64,000 nt of DNA from an uncultured Acidobacteriota bacterium (GTDB lineage Bacteria > Acidobacteriota > Vicinamibacteria > Vicinamibacterales > UBA2999), in the NCBI GenBank assembly GCA_963802675.1, contig CAWDJL010000008.1, positions 392,041 to 456,040 on the forward strand. The letters run 5' to 3'. This document shows, one piece after another, positions 19,035 through 27,558 of the stretch (the stretch's first letter is position 1; each line of letters begins with the position of its first letter). A program made the translations under genes and the position numbers. The notes under the pieces were generated by a model that had not been told where the DNA came from, ran no database searches, and saw only the letters and a program-made list of their open reading frames with translations.

Positions 19035-20721
19035 CTATCCGCGAGCGAGTTGTCGCCGCAATCGGGAGGACAGGCTGGCGGTCGCCAGCTTCCGCCGGAC
19101 GGTTCGTCGTCCAGTCGCAGCGGCCCTGCCGCCGCGTGCCGCTCGCCTCAGCGAGTCCAGCACCGCGGGCTGCATCGCCAGCTGAAAGGCCAACTCGGCG
19201 CCGTGGTCCTGAAGAATCGTCGCGAGCGCGCGGTCCGGGACGTGCAGCATCTCCGCGAGTTGCTCTTCGATGCGAGTTCGCGGCACACCAGGCAGCAAGT
19301 GCACGAGCGTTTCGATACCCGTCGTGTCGGTGGCGACGGCAGCACGGCGTGCATCGCGGAGCTTACGGACCGGAGCGGCGGCAGGCAGCGGTTCGTGCAG
19401 CAGGCGCCGGGCGTCCACGATGCCGGCGCCGTACTCGGTCGCGTCCCATCCCGGGGGCCTCCGGCTGGTCGACTGCAACAGGTACTTGAAGACGCGCGCG
19501 ATGTTGGCGGCGCCGTACCGCCGCACCAGCGCTGCCCAGCCGTGAAACGACACCCAGAGCGCGGCGACACCCGCGGCCGTCGCCACGGCAAACGACGTCC
19601 CGGTGCCCCGCTCCACCGAAAACTGAAACTGGCCCGCCGCGTTGCGTTGCGTGAGCGCCCGCCACACCGACTCGCCGGGCGCGGAGATGTCCACCGCCGG
19701 GCCGTGGCTCGAGCCCGTCCAGGGCACATCACGGATGTTGGTCGCCGCGACCGCGATGACGTCTTCGAACGCAGCGGGAAAGACGACGAATCCAACTTCG
19801 TTGCCCGCGGCGGCGAGGACGATCGTGCCAGCCGTCTACCGCGCGGGCGATTGCGTTGCTCGTGCCAAAGCCTGGGAACAGGCCGCCAAGGCTGATCGAC
19901 ACGACATGCACGCCCTGCGTGGTGGCGTGATCCAGCGCCCGACGCAAGTTGCGCATCGACATGAGTACCACTGTCTCGGTCGTGCGGATCGGAATCAACA
20001 GCGCATGCGGCGCCGCTCCGGAAACGAAGGGACCTGGGCCCGCGGCGGCCGGCCCCACGCCGCTGAGAATGACGCTGCCGGTGCCGGTTCCGTGGCTTGG
20101 ATTGTCGAGAAAGTCCGCATTCAAGTCGTCGAGCGGATTCGAATCGTCGTCGTCGAAGTCGTAACCTTCGGCAATCAGCAACCGTCCTGGATCCGCCAGC
20201 TCGGGATGCGGCGTGTAGCCAGTATCCGGGTGGCCGACTCGAATGCCGGCGCCTGGAGGTCGTGCGCCGAAGAGCGGCCAGGCAGCGAGGACGTTGGCCT
20301 TCCGCAAGCTCCAGTCGAAGTCGTTGTCGGTTGCGGGGTCGTGAGTGGCCGCTCCAGCGGCAGCGGCCCTGGGGGCAGGACACACGATGTTCTCGGGCAC
20401 GAGATACCGGAACATCGGTTCTGCATGAACCACTTCTGGCTGAGCGCGCAGGGCAGCCGCGAGGTCCCAGGCCCGCCCAGGGGCCACGCGCGCGCGAGGC
20501 ACGATCTCCCACTCCGAGCCGTCCGCCGTCACAGGGTCCAAGTCCGCGCGCCCGAGACCAATTCGCTTGGCGAGGTCCCGCACGACCGCCCGCGCATTCT
20601 TCGTGGGCGGCACGTCGATCACTGCCGTCAGCGCCTCGAATTCAGGCTGGCGGCCGGATGCGAGCACGGTCTTCAGCGTCTGCTTGCGGCGCCTCGCAGC
20701 TGATCGCTTCCGTTTGGCCAT
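19035..20721 (-). CDS. second leaderless S8 subtilisin-family peptidase with a ~130-aa C-terminal extension, one frame break near 19838
   Basis: Asp VGHPDTGY, His NPSHGTGTGS, Ser GTGTSFAVATAAG. ORFs 19729..20721 and 19035..19727 join at AVDG|GTIVLAAAGNE. N-terminus MAKRKRSAARRRK has no signal peptide. Confidence 0.85.
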
Positions 20722-20762
20722 TCGTCACCCCTGCCTCGTCGCAACTAGACCAGCGACTGTAA

Positions 20763-20888
20763 CCGCTGAATAACTGCTGGCCTCCGCGCTTAGAACTTCC
20801 GCCTGAAGGCGGAAGCCACGCGATATCGATAGTAATCGTGGCTTCCGGCTTTAGCCGGAAGATCGGAGGCTCGATACTGAATCAGCTG
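20763..20888 (+). repeat. REP/MITE-like element, copy 4 (most complete, ~126 bp)
   Basis: Core 20796..20861: cttccgcctgaaggcggaag-ccacg-N16-cgtgg-cttccggctttagccggaag. The outer ends ccgctgaataa (20763..20773) and tgaatcagctg (20878..20888) are inverted relative to each other. Confidence 0.85.
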
Positions 20889-20898
20889 ATTCGGACCG

Positions 20899-22317
20899 CT
20901 AGCGGATCCCCACCAGTCCCTTCACCGAGGCGAGCAACTTGGGCGAGTCGTAGCCCACGCCGTCTTTGAACACAATGGTCACATTCCGGATCTCGGCGCT
21001 GGTGGCCACCGGGTTGCCGCGGATAACGACCAGGTCGGCCAGCTTGCCGGCGGTGACCGAGCCGAGGCGGCCATCGACGCCAAGTATTCTGGCGCCGTTG
21101 AGGGTCATGATCTGGATTGCCTCGACGGGCGAGAACCCCGTCTCGAGCAGCAGCTCGAAGTTGCGCTGGTCGCCGTAACCCGGCAGCGCCCCGCCCATTC
21201 CAGTCGGATCGACGCCGGCACCGAGCAGTCCTCCCGCTTTCACGAAGGCACGCTCGAACGCCTGCGCGCGACGAAACAACTCAGGCATCGTCGACTGTGC
21301 CGCCCGCTGCGACGTTTCCTTCCGTGTGGACAGGTACTCCTCGCGGGCTTCGGGCGCCAGCGCCTCGAGGACACGGTCTTCGAGTGGCGGGCGATCGGGG
21401 TACGACAGTTCGTACACGGCGAGCGTCGACGACATGGCGACTTTGCCGTTGACCATTTCGCGAATCGTTTGCTGGATCTCTGGACCATCGATGGCAACCT
21501 TCAACAGGCTGTCTCGCATGTCCGATGAGCAGTGGTCCGGGGTTCGATTGGGCACATAGTCGCTGTTGGTGAACAAGCCGTGCTCGAGGTTGTCGATACC
21601 GAGCCTCACCGCCTCCCGAAACGAGACCGAACACAGATGACCCGTGAACTTCAACCCGCGCTTGTGCGCCTCTCTGATCGCAGCGCCCAGCGTTTCACGG
21701 CTGATATCCGTATATGCCTTGAACCAGGTCACGCCCTCGTCCGCCCAGTAATTGACAATCCGTCGCGCCTCTTCAGGGCTGGAGATCTGGGCCATCGTCG
21801 CTGCACCGCCAGCGCCGGTGAGATACGGGCCCGTCAGGTGCATTCTGGGCCCCGGGATCTGACCGTTGTCGATGCCGCGCTTCATGTTGATTTCGTGATA
21901 GGGAGACGTGCCCCCGGTGGTTCGTACGGTCGTAAGGCCGCTGCCGAGGTATAGGCGCGGGGCCGAGAACTGCAGCTGCACACTGCGGCCGCGCGTGGTG
22001 TAGAAGGTGTGATTGTGCATGCCGACGAGACCGGGGATCACGGTATGGCCCGCCAAATCGACCGTGCGCGCACCCACCGGTACTTTGGCTTGCGCCGCCG
22101 GCCCGACGCTCGTGATCTTGCCGTTCTCAATCACGATCGTTGCGCCGTCGATTGGCGGGGCGCCCGTGCCATCGACGATACGCACGTTGGTCAGCGCCAC
22201 CGAGCGTTCGGGAACGATGACGTATTGGCGGACGTCAGGTGACAGCGAACCAACGGCTTGCGCGCCCAGGGCCGCAGGCGTGACTGCCAACACGAGGAAG
22301 AGGATCGTTCGACTCAT
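20899..22317 (-). CDS. secreted amidohydrolase-family metallo-hydrolase
   Basis: Start ATG 22317 (MSRTILFLVLAVTPAALGAQA signal). HxH motif GMHNHTF. 473 aa. Its start overlaps the upstream stop as ATGA. Confidence 0.8.
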   Translation of the reverse strand: MSRTILFLVLAVTPAALGAQAVGSLSPDVRQYVIVPERSVALTNVRIVDGTGAPPIDGATIVIENGKITSVGPAAQAKVPVGARTVDLAGHTVIPGLVGMHNHTFYTTRGRSVQLQFSAPRLYLGSGLTTVRTTGGTSPYHEINMKRGIDNGQIPGPRMHLTGPYLTGAGGAATMAQISSPEEARRIVNYWADEGVTWFKAYTDISRETLGAAIREAHKRGLKFTGHLCSVSFREAVRLGIDNLEHGLFTNSDYVPNRTPDHCSSDMRDSLLKVAIDGPEIQQTIREMVNGKVAMSSTLAVYELSYPDRPPLEDRVLEALAPEAREEYLSTRKETSQRAAQSTMPELFRRAQAFERAFVKAGGLLGAGVDPTGMGGALPGYGDQRNFELLLETGFSPVEAIQIMTLNGARILGVDGRLGSVTAGKLADLVVIRGNPVATSAEIRNVTIVFKDGVGYDSPKLLASVKGLVGIR

Positions 22318-24473
22318 GGTTCCACCTCGAACACCATGCGCATGCCCGTTTCGATGTGCTCCGCGATGTGACAGTGCAGCATCCATTTGCCAGGATTGGT
22401 GACCTCGAGCAACACGTCGGCGACGAATCCCGTCGGGAGAAGCACCGTATCTTTCCACACGAGATGCTCGTTTGCTACGCCGTTCATCGCCAGCACCAGG
22501 AATCGCTGCCCGTGGATGTGGATGGGATGATGCATGGCATGTAAAGCGCTGCGATCGTTGACGAGTCGCAGCTTGACAACGTCGCCAACCCGAAAGCGCC
22601 AGGTGATGTCCATGTTCGTCCGCCCGCTCGACGGCTCGCGCAGCAGCCATTGCGCCGAACGCCCGGTGACGATCCAGTCCATTTCGGGCATCGTGCCGCT
22701 CCATTCGACCGGATTGCGATACACGGATTCGAAGTTGAGTAACGGGCGAAGGGGGAACGGCAGATCGCCGGCCTTGAGCGTCACCTCCAGTGCGCGATCG
22801 ACCGGGCGGCCGAAGGCTTTGCGGTAACGGTCTAGCTCAGCGGTCACACTGGCGTTGCGGCGAAGGCGCGCGAAGCTTGCACCGTGGTCCGGTGAGGCCG
22901 AATCCGGCTGCACCCGCACGATGCCGAGGACATGCGTGTCCTCAAAGAACCTGGCCATGATGTGGTCGATGGCGCGGACGCGGTTCACGAGGGTCACCTC
23001 GCCCGCTTGGTCGAAACGCACATCGACGACGTAGCGTTCCGCGGGAGCGATGGTGACGTTTTCCACCCACGCTTCGCGCTCGAATCTCCCGAGATCCGAC
23101 GCAACGACCTTCATTCGTGCGCGACCTCGAAATGACAGATTGAACACGCGCGTGCTGGAGACATTGGTCAGAAAGAACCGGACCACTTCGCCACGCCGCG
23201 CGCGGGCTTCCCAGCGCGGCTCGCCGTTGACGAGCAGCGTGTTGCCGAACCGACCCATCAGGGCATGTGTCGGCGACTCGAGGCCGTAGCCGACCAGGCC
23301 CGACTCCGCGACGAGCAAGTCGTCGAGCATCAAAATTTCTTCGCGATTGGCGGGTGCGAAAAACTCCGGATCCCGGGAGCGGACGAGCAGATTGCCATAG
23401 AGCCCGAGATCCTGGAGCACGTCCTCGCGGTGGTGCGGGTGATACCAATAGAGACCGGCATCGGGAAAGTGCACGCGATACTCGAACGAGCCTTGCGGCG
23501 GCACTGGTTCTTGCGTGACATGGGGCACACCGTCGAAACGGTTCTCAAGTCGTATGCCATGCCAGTGAACGGCCGTGGGAAAGTCTGTGCGGTTGGTGAA
23601 CCGAACGAGGATGGTCGAGCCGGCATCGACCTGAATCAACGGGCCAGGGTACTGGCCATTGAAACCGAGCATCGTCACAGAGCGCCCGAAGAGCACGCGG
23701 CGCAGCGGAGCGGCAATCAAGTCCAGCGCGGCACCGTCGTCAAGCTGCAGCAGCTCGCGGGGCCGCGCCAATGGAATCCCGTCACCCGAGCCCGGCAGAT
23801 ACGACGACACGTCGGGCCGCAGTGTCATCAACGCCGGCGGCATCGCCACCTGCGGATGCATGGGCGGTGGCGTCCAGGCACCAGCCACGCCATCCACGCT
23901 GCGATGGCCGGCATGAACGTCGGCCGACGACTGGTTACCGGATTTCTCGATGAGGCCAGCCAGCAGGAAAGCCATGTCGTGCGGCTGCATCCGGACGCTC
24001 GCGGACGTTCCGCGCAGCACGAGACGACCCGCACGTTCGCGGACGGTTGGCGAAGCCTCCGCCGTAATCAAAATGAGAAACCGGTCAAATGGCACGCGCC
24101 CAAGCCGGCTGGTACCACGACGCACTTCGCCCAGTCGAATGACCGGGTGAAACTGCGGTGTCGTGGCCCATGCAACGAACGCTGAGTAGCGGCCCAGCGA
24201 GGCGGCGTCGGGCAGATCTCCGATGGTGAACTCGATGTCGTACAACTGCTCGCCGGCAGGTGAGACGGCAAGGCCGAACGGAGAGCTCGGTGGGATCAGC
24301 CGCGCAACGCCAGATGCGCCGCTGATGTCACCCGCAGGGAGAAGTTCGATGCAGTAGAGATCGCTGTCGGCTCGTGCACCAGCAGTTGAGTCTGTGTGGC
24401 AGCCTACTTGCGGTGCCTGTGACTGGCTGACGCTGGAGAGCGCCGCGACGATGAGAAGTGCCGTGATGCGCAT
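22314..24473 (-). CDS. multicopper oxidase with a ~230-aa N-terminal extension
   Basis: Copper-site motifs HWHG, WYHPHH, HPIHIHG and HCHIAEH. Signal peptide MRITALLIVAALSSVSQSQA. Intact 719-aa ORF. Confidence 0.9.
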   Translation of the reverse strand: MRITALLIVAALSSVSQSQAPQVGCHTDSTAGARADSDLYCIELLPAGDISGASGVARLIPPSSPFGLAVSPAGEQLYDIEFTIGDLPDAASLGRYSAFVAWATTPQFHPVIRLGEVRRGTSRLGRVPFDRFLILITAEASPTVRERAGRLVLRGTSASVRMQPHDMAFLLAGLIEKSGNQSSADVHAGHRSVDGVAGAWTPPPMHPQVAMPPALMTLRPDVSSYLPGSGDGIPLARPRELLQLDDGAALDLIAAPLRRVLFGRSVTMLGFNGQYPGPLIQVDAGSTILVRFTNRTDFPTAVHWHGIRLENRFDGVPHVTQEPVPPQGSFEYRVHFPDAGLYWYHPHHREDVLQDLGLYGNLLVRSRDPEFFAPANREEILMLDDLLVAESGLVGYGLESPTHALMGRFGNTLLVNGEPRWEARARRGEVVRFFLTNVSSTRVFNLSFRGRARMKVVASDLGRFEREAWVENVTIAPAERYVVDVRFDQAGEVTLVNRVRAIDHIMARFFEDTHVLGIVRVQPDSASPDHGASFARLRRNASVTAELDRYRKAFGRPVDRALEVTLKAGDLPFPLRPLLNFESVYRNPVEWSGTMPEMDWIVTGRSAQWLLREPSSGRTNMDITWRFRVGDVVKLRLVNDRSALHAMHHPIHIHGQRFLVLAMNGVANEHLVWKDTVLLPTGFVADVLLEVTNPGKWMLHCHIAEHIETGMRMVFEVEP

Positions 24474-24516
24474 CGGCCCGATGATGGGCCATTCTACCTG
24501 CGCCGGGCGGGCCGAA

Positions 24517-24584
24517 CTTCCGCCTGAAGGCGGAAGCCACGCGAGACTGTTTCGGTATTAGTGGCTTCCGGCTTTAGCCGGAAG
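24517..24584 (+). repeat. bipartite double-hairpin REP-like element, copy 5
   Basis: cttccgcctgaaggcggaag-ccacg-N19-gtgg-cttccggctttagccggaag. Confidence 0.9.
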
Positions 24585-24620
24585 ATTGAACCGCGACAGA
24601 GATCCTGCTGATGCACGGCG

Positions 24621-25229
24621 TTAGTCGTCGTCTTTGTCCTCGTCGGTGCCTCGGCGCTCACGCGTGTTGCCAAACTGTTGCGACAGGATGGTCAGGAGAT
24701 TCGGCTCGGGCTCTCGCTGCACGTGTCGCCCTCCGCGCCCCCGATCCTGCCCGGGCGCGTCCGCGATCTGTGTGAGCTCGCGAAAGTCGAGCCAGACGAG
24801 CTCACATTGACTGCATGTGTCGAGTACGACATTGCCGGGGCCGTAGTACGGGTGTGTGGACATCCGAGTTGCGCATCCGGGGCACTTGATCGAGCGTTCG
24901 AGCTCGCGAGGCTCGATCGGGACGGGATGCGCCGGAGGCGCAGTGGCCCACCAGCGTCGCTTCTGCACGACCTCGGCAAAGTGAGTGCGCGGTAGCAGGA
25001 TTCCGCGGCATCGCTCGCAGTAGCGAACCTTGAACCCATCGTCCAGCACTGCAGTCGCAAGCGGCGTCTTGCACACGCCACACGGCTGCTCGACCGCGGG
25101 CTGGCGTTCCAGCACACGGACGCCCTCGTCGACAGCCTCTGGGAAATGAAACGTGCCGCAGTGGCGGCAAAAAAAGTAATGGCGGGTGGCCATGAAATCC
25201 ATGGCAGCACCGCAGTTTCGACAGTTCAT
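24621..25229 (-). CDS. triple zinc-ribbon (zf-TFIIB-like) protein with an acidic tail
   Basis: Three CxxC..CxxC units: CRNCG..CRHCG, CGVC..CERC and CPGC..CSQC. C-terminal tail RRGTDEDKDDD. Confidence 0.65.
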   Translation of the reverse strand: MNCRNCGAAMDFMATRHYFFCRHCGTFHFPEAVDEGVRVLERQPAVEQPCGVCKTPLATAVLDDGFKVRYCERCRGILLPRTHFAEVVQKRRWWATAPPAHPVPIEPRELERSIKCPGCATRMSTHPYYGPGNVVLDTCSQCELVWLDFRELTQIADAPGQDRGRGGRHVQREPEPNLLTILSQQFGNTRERRGTDEDKDDD

Positions 25230-25311
25230 GGGCAGCGAAGGCAGCGACTTCTCAGGATCGACTCTCCAACAGACGCGCTATCTTCTCTCAGTGAGCGACG
25301 GCCGACAAGGC

Positions 25312-25839
25312 ATGGTTTCCAGACGGCACCGTTCGTGGCCTTTCGACCTGACACTCGCGGTGTTGATGACGATACCCGTCTGTGCTCACGCCACGTCGCA
25401 GCCGCGCGCATTCGACGCCAAGGAACTCGCCGAGTACCGACTGACGCTTCCCGTATTCGAGCGTTTTGTCGACGCCAGCGATCGGATTGCCGCCGTCACG
25501 CGCGGGGATCAGCGGTTCGTCGAGCATCCACTGTTCACCCGCGAAGTGTCAGTGCTGGGCGACGCAACGGTGATGGCTGGCGAGCTCGAGACCCGATTGT
25601 CGAACCACTCCGCTCTGGCGGAGGCCCTCCGTGCGGCCGGACTCTCCGCACGTGAGTACACGACGTTTGCCCTCACGCTGTTCGGCGCTCGACTGGCTCA
25701 CGGATTCATGTCGTCCGGGGCCCTTCGTTCGGTTCCCAAGGGAGTCGCCACCGATAACGTCCAGTTCGTGGCGGCCCATCTCTCGGCCGTTACAAAGGTG
25801 CTGCAAGTCCTGGGGGTCGAGGAACCGGCTTCTCGCTGA
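25312..25839 (+). CDS. hypothetical secreted protein
   Basis: Internal ATG 25312 gives MVSRRHRSWPFDLTLAVLMTIPVCAHA, which looks like a signal peptide. No recognisable domain. Confidence 0.45.
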   Translation: MVSRRHRSWPFDLTLAVLMTIPVCAHATSQPRAFDAKELAEYRLTLPVFERFVDASDRIAAVTRGDQRFVEHPLFTREVSVLGDATVMAGELETRLSNHSALAEALRAAGLSAREYTTFALTLFGARLAHGFMSSGALRSVPKGVATDNVQFVAAHLSAVTKVLQVLGVEEPASR

Positions 25840-26075
25840 CAACATCGGGCCGCTCGTCCAGCTCAACAAATCGAGAGCCTGTGCTGTCGTAGACGGTGGC
25901 CGTCTCATTACTCAAATCTGACGGAAGGGTTACTCCTCCCTGATGAATGCCATCGCTCGAGTGCCGTAGATTCTCACTGGCTGTAAACTGACCACTACAC
26001 GAACACATGAAATGACAAATCTGTCCGGGAGACCGTGTTTCCGACCGATTTGTGGGAAGTCAAAGGAGTTACGTT

Positions 26076-27134
26076 GTGAGAAAGCTGAACGTCCTGTTGG
26101 TCTTCGCTGCGAGCTTCGTCTGGTCGACTCAGGCTGCCGCCGGCCCGGTCGTCCGACAAGCGACCGGCACAAACGCTGCGGCCATTCAAGTCGCAGTGGA
26201 TCTGTTTCGTACCGATCTTGGAAACCCGAATAACGGCACAACGCTCGGTAGCCAGGCGGGCGGGCGGCGTGAGATCACGTGGGACGGCGGCGGCGCCGCC
26301 GCGCCGGCCCCTGCGATTCCCAGTCCGATGCTAACGTTTGCCAATCGTGGGTCGGTGTTTGTCACACCCGGCTCCGGTTTCGAGCAAAGCGGGGCGCCGA
26401 CGCCGGAATTTGGCGATCTGAATCCCACGTATCCAGGCCAGTTCGCAGCCTTCAGCAGCCCTCGCCTGTTTACCGCGCTCAACAGCAACATCACAGACGT
26501 TGTGTTTTACGTGCCGGGCGATGGGACGGTGCCGGCTGCGGTCACGGGCTTCGGTTCGGTGTTCACGGATGTCGACAGTCAAACAAGCACAAAGATGGAG
26601 TTCTACGCACCGGACGGCAGCCTGATTTGGGAAGGTTTCGTGCCGTACACCCCAGGAACGGAAACGTTATCGTTCCTCGGCGTCTCGTTCACCGGCGAGC
26701 TCGTCGCGCGCGTGCGCATCATCAGCGGCAACGCAGCGCCCGGTCCCGACGAAGCGGGCAATCTCGATGTCGTCGTCATGGATGACTTCATCTTCGGGGA
26801 GCCGGTCTCGACGGCAGGCCTCACGCTCGTACCTGGAACGGGCAAACTCTTCCAGCGCGGCGGCTTCGACATCGTCGTCGGACTCGAGGCACCGGCGGGA
26901 GTCGTGCCCGTCAGCGCCACGGTCAAGCTTGACGGCGGTGACGTGACGGCCGCCTTTGCGTCGTGCATTCAAGTCGGTCGGATAGTCGGAGGGGGCCAGA
27001 CGTTCCGGTGCCCCGCGCCCCGAGGGTTTCTGTCCTCAGGCGAGCATGTCATGCAGGTAGAGTTCAACCTGAGCAATCAGACGAGGGTCCGCAATGCGGT
27101 CCGTTGGACCATCGTGGCGAGCCTCGAGCCCTAG
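26076..27134 (+). CDS. hypothetical secreted protein
   Basis: GTG 26076 lies 7 nt after AAGGAG (26063..26068). Signal VRKLNVLLVFAASFVWSTQAAA. No recognisable domain. It is followed by a GC hairpin. Confidence 0.6.
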   Translation: MRKLNVLLVFAASFVWSTQAAAGPVVRQATGTNAAAIQVAVDLFRTDLGNPNNGTTLGSQAGGRREITWDGGGAAAPAPAIPSPMLTFANRGSVFVTPGSGFEQSGAPTPEFGDLNPTYPGQFAAFSSPRLFTALNSNITDVVFYVPGDGTVPAAVTGFGSVFTDVDSQTSTKMEFYAPDGSLIWEGFVPYTPGTETLSFLGVSFTGELVARVRIISGNAAPGPDEAGNLDVVVMDDFIFGEPVSTAGLTLVPGTGKLFQRGGFDIVVGLEAPAGVVPVSATVKLDGGDVTAAFASCIQVGRIVGGGQTFRCPAPRGFLSSGEHVMQVEFNLSNQTRVRNAVRWTIVASLEP

Positions 27135-27144
27135 GGGAACACCC

Positions 27145-27178
27145 GAGCTTCCGCCGCGCTGCGCGCGCGGCGGAGCTC
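27145..27178 (+). terminator. GC-rich hairpin downstream of 26076..27134
   Basis: gagcttccgccgcgc-tgcg-cgcgcggcggagctc, with one bulged t. No clear T-tract follows. Confidence 0.5.
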
Positions 27179-27329
27179 ATCGGTCTCGAGTCGAAGCTGA
27201 TGCGGAGATCATCACAACAACGAGCCCAGGGTGTATGGATGACTCGCCAGTCACGTCATGCGAATGACGCATCGACGTGATACACATAGGTGTTCGCGCT
27301 GGCCAGCGTTTTGCTGCGCGAGAAATGCA

Positions 27330-27515
27330 ATGCGATTCCGAAACGCTCTCCTCACGTTCTCCGCTCTGCTCTTGGCCGTGGTCGCAATAGCCGAGGCACG
27401 CGGTGATGGGCTTCGGCTGCCTGAGCCGGCCTGGCTCTTACTCTTCGGCGTTGCGCTTCTTGGTATTGGCCGCGTCGCTCGACTGATCGCGTCCCGCCAT
27501 CATCATGAACGGTAG
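27330..27515 (+). CDS. minimal PEP-CTERM protein (61 aa)
   Basis: MRFRNALLTFSALLLAVVAIAEA (signal), then RGDGLRL, then PEP-AWLLLFGVALLGIG-RVARL (PEP motif, TM helix and basic cluster). Confidence 0.5.
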   Translation: MRFRNALLTFSALLLAVVAIAEARGDGLRLPEPAWLLLFGVALLGIGRVARLIASRHHHER

Positions 27516-27558
27516 CGGTGGAGTAAACGAGCTGCGCCGGCGAGCGCCGGTTCAAGTC

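Noticed and set aside
10856-24584. Could the recurring cttccgcctgaaggcggaag repeats be a CRISPR array?
   Set aside because: The copies are 2-20 kb apart and separated by whole genes. They occur in both orientations and are bipartite hairpins. No cas genes are present.
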